From NCBI GenBank assembly GCA_964454175.1, contig CAYVSA010000020.1:1-15516 (forward strand): a stretch of DNA of 15,516 nt, in the 5' to 3' direction. Below the pieces are notes generated by a model. It was given only the letters and a program-made list of their open reading frames with translations, made no database searches and was not told where the DNA came from. Numbering within the stretch: position 1 is the stretch's first letter; each line of letters starts with the position of its first letter. Below, piece by piece: positions 7,125 to 14,559 of this stretch. The stretch comes from an uncultured Pseudomonadota bacterium (GTDB lineage Bacteria > BMS3Abin14). The position numbers were made by a program, and so were the translations under genes.

Positions 7125-8586
7125 TAGTGTGAACGAAGAGTCATTTGGCAAATACCGATCGCTGGCAGCCCTGATCACGTTCCTCATCATGTTGATCACT
7201 GCCGCAGCCGGAATACCGGATGCCTGTGCAGCCGGGAAAAGCTCCCTTGACACAGGTCAGACGGCTGAGCCCGTCAGGGTTGCCGTGATAACGGTAGACG
7301 GTGCAATAACGCCTGTAGCTGCTGAGTACATCGAGGATGCTATCAAGGAGGCCGACTCAGCGGGTGACTATCTCCTGGTTATAAAACTGGACACACCCGG
7401 CGGGCTGATGAGTTCAATGAGGAGCATAGTTAAGGACATCCTGGCCTCTCCACTGCCGGTAGCGGTCTACGTATCTCCATCGGGCGGGCGGGCGGCTTCA
7501 GCGGGAGTATTCATCACCATGGCCGCACACGTGGCTGCCATGTCCCCAGGCACCAATATCGGCGCGGCGCACCCGGTGAACATAGGCGGTGGGGGGTTCT
7601 TCGGCAAGAAAAGGGAGGAAGATGGGGACGGCCAGAAAAAGGAGGATAAAGAGCCCGGTGCCAGCGGTGAGAAAGAGGAAAAATCCCTCTCCGATGAGAA
7701 CATCATGGCCCGGAAGGTGGTTAACGATACTGTTGCTTTCATAAAGAGTATCGCGGAAAAGAACGGGCGGAACGCCCGGTGGGCAGAGAGATCCGTTCGG
7801 GAAAGCATATCCTCAACCGAAAAAGAGGCCCTGAAAGCCGGAGTTATCGATCTGGTGGCAGAAGATATCGATGATCTTCTTGAAAAAATGGAGGGGCGCA
7901 CCGTGGTTGTCTCAGGAAAGGAGATGACGCTTGCCCTGTCCGGTGCTGTCGTAGATGAAAGGCCCATGGATCTCAGGCACAGGATCCTTTCAACAATAAC
8001 TGACCCCAATGTGGCCTATATGCTCATGATGTTGGGGATATACGGGCTGTTTTTCGAGCTGGCCAACCCGGGAGTGATCCTGCCGGGTGTCCTGGGCGGG
8101 ATCGCACTTGTCCTCGCTTTTTTCGCCTTCCAGGTCCTGCCGGTGAACTACGCGGGGATACTGCTGATAGGTCTTGCCCTGGTCCTATTCATACTTGAGA
8201 TAAAGGTTGTCTCCTACGGTATGCTTTCGGTGGGAGGCATTGTATCTGTGTTTTTAGGGAGCATAATGCTCCTGCGCTCCGTGGAGCCGTATTACCGTAT
8301 ATCCCGAGTGTTGATATTCGGTATGACTGGATTTACGGCGCTGTTTTTCCTGGTGGGTCTGGGTCTCGCTTTAAAGGTACAGCGCAGGAAACCCGTTACG
8401 GGAACGGAAGGTCTTGTTGGGGAAACAGGGGTGGCGGCAACTGACCTGTCTTTGAGTGGAAAGATCAGGGTCCACGGGGAGATCTGGACGGCGGAAAGCA
8501 AGGTGCAGATAAGCGCGGGGCAGGCGGTGAAGGTCACTGGTATGGAGGGGATGGTGCTGCTTGTTGAGATTGATGAGAGTGATTGA
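7111..8586 (+). CDS. nfeD: NfeD-family membrane-bound ClpP-class serine protease (long form, stomatin operon partner protein) with a C-terminal OB-fold
   Basis: An N-terminal signal/TM segment is followed by a ClpP-like domain with VAVITVDGAITPVAAEYIEDAIKEA, LVIKLDTPGG and YVSPSGGRAASAGVFITMAAH (Ser nucleophile). A multi-TM region follows, then a C-terminal NfeD OB-fold (GKIRVHGEIWTAESKVQISAGQAVKVTGMEGMVLLVE). The ORF opens at TTG 7108. ATG 7111 was chosen here. GTG 7129, with GGAAGGG 10 nt upstream, is an alternative start. Confidence 0.85.
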   Translation: MEGFDSVNEESFGKYRSLAALITFLIMLITAAAGIPDACAAGKSSLDTGQTAEPVRVAVITVDGAITPVAAEYIEDAIKEADSAGDYLLVIKLDTPGGLMSSMRSIVKDILASPLPVAVYVSPSGGRAASAGVFITMAAHVAAMSPGTNIGAAHPVNIGGGGFFGKKREEDGDGQKKEDKEPGASGEKEEKSLSDENIMARKVVNDTVAFIKSIAEKNGRNARWAERSVRESISSTEKEALKAGVIDLVAEDIDDLLEKMEGRTVVVSGKEMTLALSGAVVDERPMDLRHRILSTITDPNVAYMLMMLGIYGLFFELANPGVILPGVLGGIALVLAFFAFQVLPVNYAGILLIGLALVLFILEIKVVSYGMLSVGGIVSVFLGSIMLLRSVEPYYRISRVLIFGMTGFTALFFLVGLGLALKVQRRKPVTGTEGLVGETGVAATDLSLSGKIRVHGEIWTAESKVQISAGQAVKVTGMEGMVLLVEIDESD

Positions 8587-8597
8587 AATTGTCCCAG

Positions 8598-8618
8598 GAC
8601 CCACGGCCCATGACCCAT
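8598..8618. repeat. three tandem heptamers GACCCAC GGCCCAT GACCCAT immediately downstream of nfeD
   Basis: Read directly from the sequence at 8598-8618. The adjacent GTCCCAGG (8591-8598) is the reverse complement of CCTGGGAC in the downstream array. Confidence 0.5.
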
Positions 8619-8649
8619 GTGGATTCGAACTCTCAGAGAAATGAAGATT

Positions 8650-8677
8650 TGAAACTTGTTTTACTGGTTGTAAATAG
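8650..8677 (+). promoter_or_regulatory. putative internal sigma70-type promoter (TTGAAA - 16 nt - TAAATA) upstream of the stomatin gene
   Basis: Motif inspection only. It lies inside the 152-bp nfeD-stomatin spacer, 60 nt upstream of the ATG at 8739. Confidence 0.25.
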
Positions 8678-8688
8678 CCGTTTTTGTT

Positions 8689-8723
8689 GACCTGGGACCT
8701 GGGATCTGGGACCAGGGACCGAT
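8689..8723. repeat. tandem heptamer array GACCTGG GACCTGG GATCTGG GACCAGG GACCGAT in the stomatin 5' leader
   Basis: Read directly from the sequence. It ends 5 nt before the consensus SD AAAGGAGG at 8726-8733. Confidence 0.65.
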
Positions 8724-8738
8724 CCAAAGGAGGAAACC

Positions 8739-9521
8739 ATGTTTGGTGCTAGCTACCTGGTTGTTGGGGTTGTAATAGCTGTGATCATGTTCCTGTGGTC
8801 GGCTATCAAGGTCATGAAGGAATACGAGCGGGCAGTAGTGTTTTTCCTCGGCCGTCTTGTGGGAACCAGGGGGCCGGGCCTTGTAATAATCATCCCTGTC
8901 CTGGAAAAAATGGTGCGCATCAGTCTCAGGCTTGTCACAATGGATGTCCCACCCCAGGATATAATCACCCGGGATAATGTTTCGGTCAAAGTTAACGCGG
9001 TGGTTTATTTCAGGGTCATGGATCCGGCAAAGGCTGTCGTCGAGGTGGAGGACTATTACTACGCAACGAGTCAGTTGGCTCAAACGACCCTGCGAAGTGT
9101 TCTGGGCCAGGCTGATCTGGACGACCTGCTGGCGGCGAGGGAGAAGATCAACCACCAGCTCCAGGATATCCTCGATACGCAGACAGATCCCTGGGGGATC
9201 AAGGTTACTATGGTGGAGGTCAAGCACGTCGACCTTCCCCAGGAAATGCAGCGGGCAATGGCCAGACAGGCCGAGGCAGAAAGGGAGCGGAGGGCCAAGG
9301 TAATAGCTGCTGACGGTGAGTACCAGGCATCCGACAAACTTACTCAGGCAGCCAATATTATGTCAGACAATCCCCAGGCCCTGCAGCTGAGATATCTGCA
9401 GACCCTGCGGGAGATCGCCACCGAGAACAATTCCACGACGATCTTCCCACTGCCAATGGATTTAATCGGAGCCTTTATGGACAAGATGAAGAAGGGCGGC
9501 GGGGATAAAGGTCAAGAGTGA
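8739..9521 (+). CDS. prokaryotic stomatin (SPFH/Band-7, p-stomatin PH1511 type)
   Basis: An N-terminal hydrophobic hairpin ([17 protein letters not shown]) is followed by the canonical stomatin core: [59 protein letters not shown] and [25 protein letters not shown] coiled-coil ([31 protein letters not shown]) and a hydrophobic C-terminal tail follow. A perfect SD AAAGGAGG sits 5 nt upstream of the ATG. Confidence 0.92.
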   Translation: MFGASYLVVGVVIAVIMFLWSAIKVMKEYERAVVFFLGRLVGTRGPGLVIIIPVLEKMVRISLRLVTMDVPPQDIITRDNVSVKVNAVVYFRVMDPAKAVVEVEDYYYATSQLAQTTLRSVLGQADLDDLLAAREKINHQLQDILDTQTDPWGIKVTMVEVKHVDLPQEMQRAMARQAEAERERRAKVIAADGEYQASDKLTQAANIMSDNPQALQLRYLQTLREIATENNSTTIFPLPMDLIGAFMDKMKKGGGDKGQE

Positions 9522-9735
9522 TAGCGTGTCTGTCTGGAACATTAGAGATTGGAAATTTGCAATAAACTTTAATGGATACACTCGATCACCGATCACCAAT
9601 AACGCATTACTATATGTACCAGAAACTGGAAACAAGAAAATCCCCAACGTATTTCAAGCAAAAAGCCATTGAATATTAAATCAAAGAATGGCATTTTAGT
9701 GCCTTTCTCGAAATCATCGAGCCAGGAGTTCATTT

Positions 9736-10527
9736 ATGAAGATCCACAGTGTTCACCCTAAATTTCTGAGTGATGAAACCATCACGGCAGAACACGACTT
9801 TCTGCACAAACTTTTCGACGCCCTCATGGATAAAGAAGAAGATCACGGGTTTGGAGACGATCCCGATTACAACCGTTTCACCGGGAAGTGTGGTGTCCTC
9901 TATCCCAGGCACAGGATGCTGATGGAAGAGATGGATATCCGTGGTACTCTTCACGAAACCCTGCTGGACAGGCGGGAGATCCATCCCGACGAGATGGATT
10001 ACTGGTCACCTTCTGATGATGATGTTTTTAAGGACAGGGATGAGCTTGCTTCGGGAGGCGAGGCGGGAAGGTTTTCCCTCGGCGGCCAGGAAAGCGCCGA
10101 GGATGCTGCGGGGAGGATGGATGTTTGCTCTGCCCTGGCTGATACCGTAGAGGATGAGATCCTCCTTGGGCTGTGGAGGATCTACGGTTTCACAGTCATG
10201 GAACGTTCTTACAACCGCTACAGACTTCTGTCCGACCCACTCCGTGGTAAAAAGAGGGGGCAGGTCTGGATCCTCTTCGACCTGATGATCGAAGAAGCCC
10301 TCAGCGTCAAGCCTGACGAAAATGGACCCAGGATCGCCTACGAAACAGTCTGGGAAGCCCTGGAGCCCGAAGCTTCCGAAGTTGAGAAAGCCGAATTCGA
10401 AAAGATCATTGACGGTCTGGAACCCGGCAAGATCAGCGTCCAGGCCAGAAAATTTCTGTCTCAGACTGCAGCAAGACAAAGCGCTGATGATCTGTTGAAA
10501 TCTCACATGTTGAAGTACTATCTTTAG
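9736..10527 (+). CDS. putative pyrimidine-dimer DNA glycosylase-like protein (T4 endonuclease V / Pyr_excise family) with a long acidic C-terminal extension
   Basis: The N-terminus MKIHSVHPKFLSDETITAEHDFLHKLF matches the family's N-terminal signature. In T4 endoV this is [28 protein letters not shown]; in bacterial homologues it is MRLWSLHPKYLD. An AGGAG SD sits 7 nt upstream of the ATG. At 263 aa the protein is about 100 aa longer than typical members, because of a D/E-rich C-terminal half. The functional call is of moderate confidence. The CDS call itself is firm. Confidence 0.55.
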   Translation: MKIHSVHPKFLSDETITAEHDFLHKLFDALMDKEEDHGFGDDPDYNRFTGKCGVLYPRHRMLMEEMDIRGTLHETLLDRREIHPDEMDYWSPSDDDVFKDRDELASGGEAGRFSLGGQESAEDAAGRMDVCSALADTVEDEILLGLWRIYGFTVMERSYNRYRLLSDPLRGKKRGQVWILFDLMIEEALSVKPDENGPRIAYETVWEALEPEASEVEKAEFEKIIDGLEPGKISVQARKFLSQTAARQSADDLLKSHMLKYYL

Positions 10528-10544
10528 AGATCGCAGGTTACGAA

Positions 10545-13500
10545 TCAGGCGCTGGATCCGTCCAGCGCTTTTATTATGGTCGCGATGAGCTGCTCGGGTC
10601 GGTAAGGTTTCTGGATAAAGCCGACCTGGGGATATTTGTTCAGGATAGTGGCGGTTATCTCCTCCTCCGTGTAACCCGAAGACAGAATTATCCTCTCGCT
10701 GCCATTTATCTCGAAGATATTTTCAAGGACAACGTCGCCTGTCATTCCCGGCATGGTCATATCCAGCAGGACAAGAGAGACCCTGTCCGAGTTTTCCCTG
10801 TAGGTCTCCAGACCTCTAACACCGTCCTCTGCGGTGAGTACGTCAAAACCCAGCAGTTCGAGCATCATTTTAGCAACTTCGCGGACGCTTTCCTCATCGT
10901 CCACAACCAGTACTGTTCCCTCAAATTTCTGTTGACCCAGGACCGGTTCTGCTCTCTTTTCGGGTTCAGGAGCAGTTCCGTCGCTGTAGGGCAGAAAAAT
11001 CTTGACGGATGTCCCTTTGCCGGGCTGGCTTCGTACTCTTATGGAGCCGTGGTGACCCTTCACTATGCCGAGTGCGGCTGCGAGGCCAAGACCCCTGCCC
11101 GTGTCCTTGGTGGTGAAGAAGGGCTCAAAGATCCTTTCAATTATTTCCTCCTCCATTCCGGAGCCGGTGTCTTTTATCTCAAGACATGAGTACCGTCCCC
11201 CGCTGTGTTCCTCGGCAACGAATCGACTGACCAGGTCTCCTGGTTCGCAGTTCTCAACAGAGGTGGTGATCGTAACCGTTCCGCTATTTTCAGCGGCATC
11301 GGAGGCATTTGTTATCAGGTTCATCAATAACTGCTGTATCTGCGCTGTATCAGCTTCTACGTAGGGCAGCTCCTCTGAAAGTTTGTAATTGACCTTTACT
11401 CCCTTAGATATCCCTGTTGACAGCAGTTCGGTCATCTCTTTAACCAGGGTACTCATGTCCGTCCTGGTTATGACGAATTTACCGCGTCCCGAATAGGCCA
11501 GCATCTGGTTGGTGAGTTCCGCTGCGCGCTGCGCTGCCTTTTCGATCCTGTCAATATTCTTTTTCAAGGGCGACTCGTCATCGAGCTTCATCTGCAGAAG
11601 GCTGACGTTGCCCATAATGCCCATGAGTATGTTGTTAAAATCGTGGGCAATGCCGCCTGCAAGCACACCCAGGCTCTCGAGTTTCTGCGTGTGCTGGATC
11701 TGCTCTTCGAGCCGTTTTGCTTCTTCTTCGTGGAGTTTCAGTTCAGTGATGTCACTGAAGACAGATTGGTATTCAGTTACTTCGCCCTTCAAGTCCACTA
11801 GTGCCCTGTCTGTCCTCATCAGCCACCGTTCACTGCCGTCCTGTGATATTTTGAGCTCCCTCGCTGCCAGGGGATTGACCTGATCGAGGGATGAGTAACT
11901 CTCTTTGTCCTCCCCGGTGCCCTGTTCGTAAATCACCTCGTGTATGTTTTTGCCAACCAGGTCCTCCCAGTTGGTTTTGAAGAAACTGCAGAAAGCCTTG
12001 TTGACGAAAGTCAGGGACAGCTCCTTGTCAATGCGGCAGACCAGTGCAGGCATGTCCTGAACAACCGCCCTGTATCTGGCAGAGGTCTCCCGCAGGGCGT
12101 CTTCTGCCTGTTTCCTCCTGGTAAAATCGGCGAAAATGGCTACAACTCCCATGACGAAGTTGCCCTCCATCATCGGAGATGTAGAAAGGCTGAGGTTGAT
12201 AAGCGACCCGTTCTTTCTCCTCCTGACGACATCCCTTGCAAGTATTCGTTTCCCGAGAGACGCCATTTCAAAAAATTTCTGGAACTCTTCCTCTCTCTCT
12301 TCAGGAATGATAGGCAGCGGCTTACCCAGTACCTCATTTTCCGTCCAGCCGAACATCTCCTCGGCAGCAGGGTTCCAGAGGGTGATGAGCCCGTTCAGAT
12401 CCGCCACGACTATCGCCAGGGGAGAGGCCGAAAACAGGGCGGTCAGGGTGCTGTTAACCTCTCTGAGGGCGGACTCCATGGTAATAGCTACAGAGATATC
12501 CCTTATAATACCCTGATAACCAGTTGGCTTTCCGTTCTTGTCCCTTACAAGGGTCGCTGTGTTCAGGATGGTCTTTTTGTTCCCCGCAGCAGTGGTGAAC
12601 GTGGATTGAAACTCCTTCACGTAGCCTTTTTCTTCCAGGTTTTGCGAGAACAACCTCCTTTTTTCCTTGTCCGGGTAGATCACCTCAACAAGGTTCAACT
12701 CTTTGAGTACCTCCAGGCTGGGAGCGTCCAGCAGGTCCTGGCCCGCTGGGTTGCACTCGACTATCCTGCCTTCAAGAGTTGTGAAGTACACTGTGTCAAG
12801 CGACTCCTCGAAAAAGGTTCGGAACCTCTTTTCACTCTTGTCCAGCGCCTCTTCAGACTCCTTTCTCTCTGTGATGTCAACTGCCGAACAGACATAGCCG
12901 GTAAATCCGTCCTCGCTGTCGAACATGGCTGTAGCAGAAAAAAAGACAGGGATGATCCTTCCGAGCCTGGAAACCATCCATGCTTCAGCGCTCAGAGACG
13001 ATGCATGATCGTCCCTGTCATCGGGGACAAGGCCCTTTATGGGTGATCGTTTCTCAACAAAGAGGCTCTCGAAGGGCCTGCCAACCAGATCCTCTTCCGG
13101 GTATTCCAGAAGGATGGTAGACGCCCTGTTGGCGGTCTCGATCCTGCCTTCAGATGACACGACAATGAGAGCGTCGTGCATGGTTTTCAGGATGTTGTCC
13201 ATGTAGTCCATTGCCGGCATCACAACGGTTTCATACCTTCTGAGGTCATTGACCATGCTCATGAAGCTTGTGGCCAGCTGTCCCAGTTCGTCCGAAGAGT
13301 CATCCTTAATAGTGATGTCCAGATTTCCCCTGGCGACTTCTTCAGTAGCTTTCTTGAGGGCCTGAATGGGGCCGGATATGGACCTGGCAACAAGGAGGCC
13401 GATCAGAAGGGTCATTGCCAGGGTGACCAGAGAAATGGACAGCATCCTGTTTTTGAGAACGGCTGCTTCATTTAAAACCTCTGTTTTTCTGGAGGTTTCG

Positions 13501-14399
13501 GCCCTTATGTTGATGTCCATGAGACTGGAGGCGTTGAGTCTGATAAGCCTGGCGTAGGAGTAGAATTTTCTCAAAAAATTGCGGTGCTCTGACAGATCGA
13601 AGACCTCACCCCTTCTCTTCTTGTCCCTGTATGTTCTGACTAGTGCTTCCCCGCTTTTCCTGAAATCAACACCCAGCTGCTTCAGCTGTCCTGTGAGCGT
13701 GCCTGCCTCCCTGTTTCGGGTCCGCTTTGTGATGACCTCGATCTGCTCCTGCATGGAGGATGTTCGCAAGGCGAATTTTGAAATGTCCTCCTCACTGCCG
13801 GTAATAAGACCGATTAAAAGGTGTACTTCGGCTCTTTTAACAAAACTTGTCACCTCCGAGGAAGCGGTTATGGATTCCTGCCTGTTGAGAAAGTCTGTGA
13901 AAAATTTGGTCATCTTCAGGCCGCCTTTCCTTATTAGGCCTGAAGATTCATTTATATTGTGGAAAAGCTCCAGATTGTCTTTCGCAATGGACCCGGTCTG
14001 GCTGCCTGAAGCTTCATCATAGTGGCTCAGGAGTGTTTGACTGGAAGTTTGAAACCTGCCCACATCCGACTGGATCCTGTTGAGTATAGACCGTCCCTCA
14101 GGTTCGTGGACCTTCTCATCGAGAACTGAGAGGGCTTCCAGTACTGATGCGAACCTTGCCTCGTAAGTCTGTCTGTCAGACGGGTCGCCCAGGGCTACAT
14201 ACATGAAGATGTGGGTCTCGGCCCGCTTTATGTGGCTGGTCACGTCGTTGGAGGCAGAAACCAGCTCTCTTAACCGCTTTTCATCACCCTGAAATGAATC
14301 GGCTATCCTCTGGGTCGTAAAGTATCCGAGCACGCCCGAGATGCTGGCTACAAGGGCGATGGCAAAGATACCGATCAGAAGTTTTAGCCTGATGCTCAT
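10545..14399 (-). CDS. hybrid sensor histidine kinase/response regulator: TM - periplasmic sensor domain (about 290 aa) - TM - HAMP - 4x PAS - HisKA - HATPase_c - REC
   Basis: The ORF runs to 14483. Met at 14397-14399 (MSIRLKLLIG) has a GGAG SD 9 nt upstream and sits directly before the first TM helix (LKLLIGIFAIALVASISGVLGYF). A second TM helix (LVTLAMTLLIGLLVA) is followed by HAMP (GPIQALKKATEEVARGNLDI...LATSFMSMVNDL). Four PAS-like modules follow. The H-box is LAGGIAHDFNNIL. The N/G boxes are NLITNASDA and DTGSGM..GRGLGLAA. The C-terminal receiver has VLVVDDEESV and LLDMTMPGMTG. Confidence 0.9.
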   Translation of the reverse strand: MSIRLKLLIGIFAIALVASISGVLGYFTTQRIADSFQGDEKRLRELVSASNDVTSHIKRAETHIFMYVALGDPSDRQTYEARFASVLEALSVLDEKVHEPEGRSILNRIQSDVGRFQTSSQTLLSHYDEASGSQTGSIAKDNLELFHNINESSGLIRKGGLKMTKFFTDFLNRQESITASSEVTSFVKRAEVHLLIGLITGSEEDISKFALRTSSMQEQIEVITKRTRNREAGTLTGQLKQLGVDFRKSGEALVRTYRDKKRRGEVFDLSEHRNFLRKFYSYARLIRLNASSLMDINIRAETSRKTEVLNEAAVLKNRMLSISLVTLAMTLLIGLLVARSISGPIQALKKATEEVARGNLDITIKDDSSDELGQLATSFMSMVNDLRRYETVVMPAMDYMDNILKTMHDALIVVSSEGRIETANRASTILLEYPEEDLVGRPFESLFVEKRSPIKGLVPDDRDDHASSLSAEAWMVSRLGRIIPVFFSATAMFDSEDGFTGYVCSAVDITERKESEEALDKSEKRFRTFFEESLDTVYFTTLEGRIVECNPAGQDLLDAPSLEVLKELNLVEVIYPDKEKRRLFSQNLEEKGYVKEFQSTFTTAAGNKKTILNTATLVRDKNGKPTGYQGIIRDISVAITMESALREVNSTLTALFSASPLAIVVADLNGLITLWNPAAEEMFGWTENEVLGKPLPIIPEEREEEFQKFFEMASLGKRILARDVVRRRKNGSLINLSLSTSPMMEGNFVMGVVAIFADFTRRKQAEDALRETSARYRAVVQDMPALVCRIDKELSLTFVNKAFCSFFKTNWEDLVGKNIHEVIYEQGTGEDKESYSSLDQVNPLAARELKISQDGSERWLMRTDRALVDLKGEVTEYQSVFSDITELKLHEEEAKRLEEQIQHTQKLESLGVLAGGIAHDFNNILMGIMGNVSLLQMKLDDESPLKKNIDRIEKAAQRAAELTNQMLAYSGRGKFVITRTDMSTLVKEMTELLSTGISKGVKVNYKLSEELPYVEADTAQIQQLLMNLITNASDAAENSGTVTITTSVENCEPGDLVSRFVAEEHSGGRYSCLEIKDTGSGMEEEIIERIFEPFFTTKDTGRGLGLAAALGIVKGHHGSIRVRSQPGKGTSVKIFLPYSDGTAPEPEKRAEPVLGQQKFEGTVLVVDDEESVREVAKMMLELLGFDVLTAEDGVRGLETYRENSDRVSLVLLDMTMPGMTGDVVLENIFEINGSERIILSSGYTEEEITATILNKYPQVGFIQKPYRPEQLIATIIKALDGSSA
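10548..10575 (+). terminator. rho-independent terminator hairpin (GGCGCTGGA-tccg-TCCAGCGCC followed by TTTTATT) for the 9736-10527 gene, overlapping the last seven codons of the convergent kinase gene
   Basis: A perfect 8-9 bp GC-rich stem with a 4-nt loop, followed by a T-tract on the plus strand. On the minus strand the stem encodes ...ALDGSSA*. Confidence 0.55.
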
Positions 14400-14506
14400 T
14401 TGCGGTTTCTCCGGAGTTTCCTTCCTGCGGCTGTCCTGGCACCGACTTTCTGGACAAGGCCGGCTGGGAACCTTAAGGAACATGCCTGAAAAATCGAGAA
14501 CACTGG

Positions 14507-14512
14507 ATTATA
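14507..14512 (-). promoter_or_regulatory. candidate -10 hexamer (TATAAT on the minus strand) for the hybrid kinase gene
   Basis: A perfect TATAAT lies about 108 nt upstream of the 14399 start in an AT-rich spacer. There is no convincing -35 element, so this is weak. Confidence 0.2.
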
Positions 14513-14559
14513 GATTAAATCGATGTTAAATGACATTGGCCAGGAAAAGGTTTTATGTG

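Noticed and set aside
8618-8640. tRNA-like T-loop motif GGATTCGAACTC
   Set aside because: Only the TTCGAA palindrome is present. There are no flanking stems for a T-arm, acceptor stem or anticodon arm. It is not a tRNA.
7467-9227. Minus-strand ORFs (7467-8009, 8292-8727, 8661-9227) overlapping nfeD, the spacer and the stomatin gene
   Set aside because: They are antisense to well-supported CDSs or span the repeat-rich spacer. Their translations are low-complexity (S/P/R-rich) with no motifs.
11940-13046. 368-aa plus-strand ORF and other plus-strand ORFs inside the hybrid kinase gene
   Set aside because: They are antisense to a kinase CDS that has continuous PAS/HisKA/HATPase/REC motifs. They are shadow ORFs.
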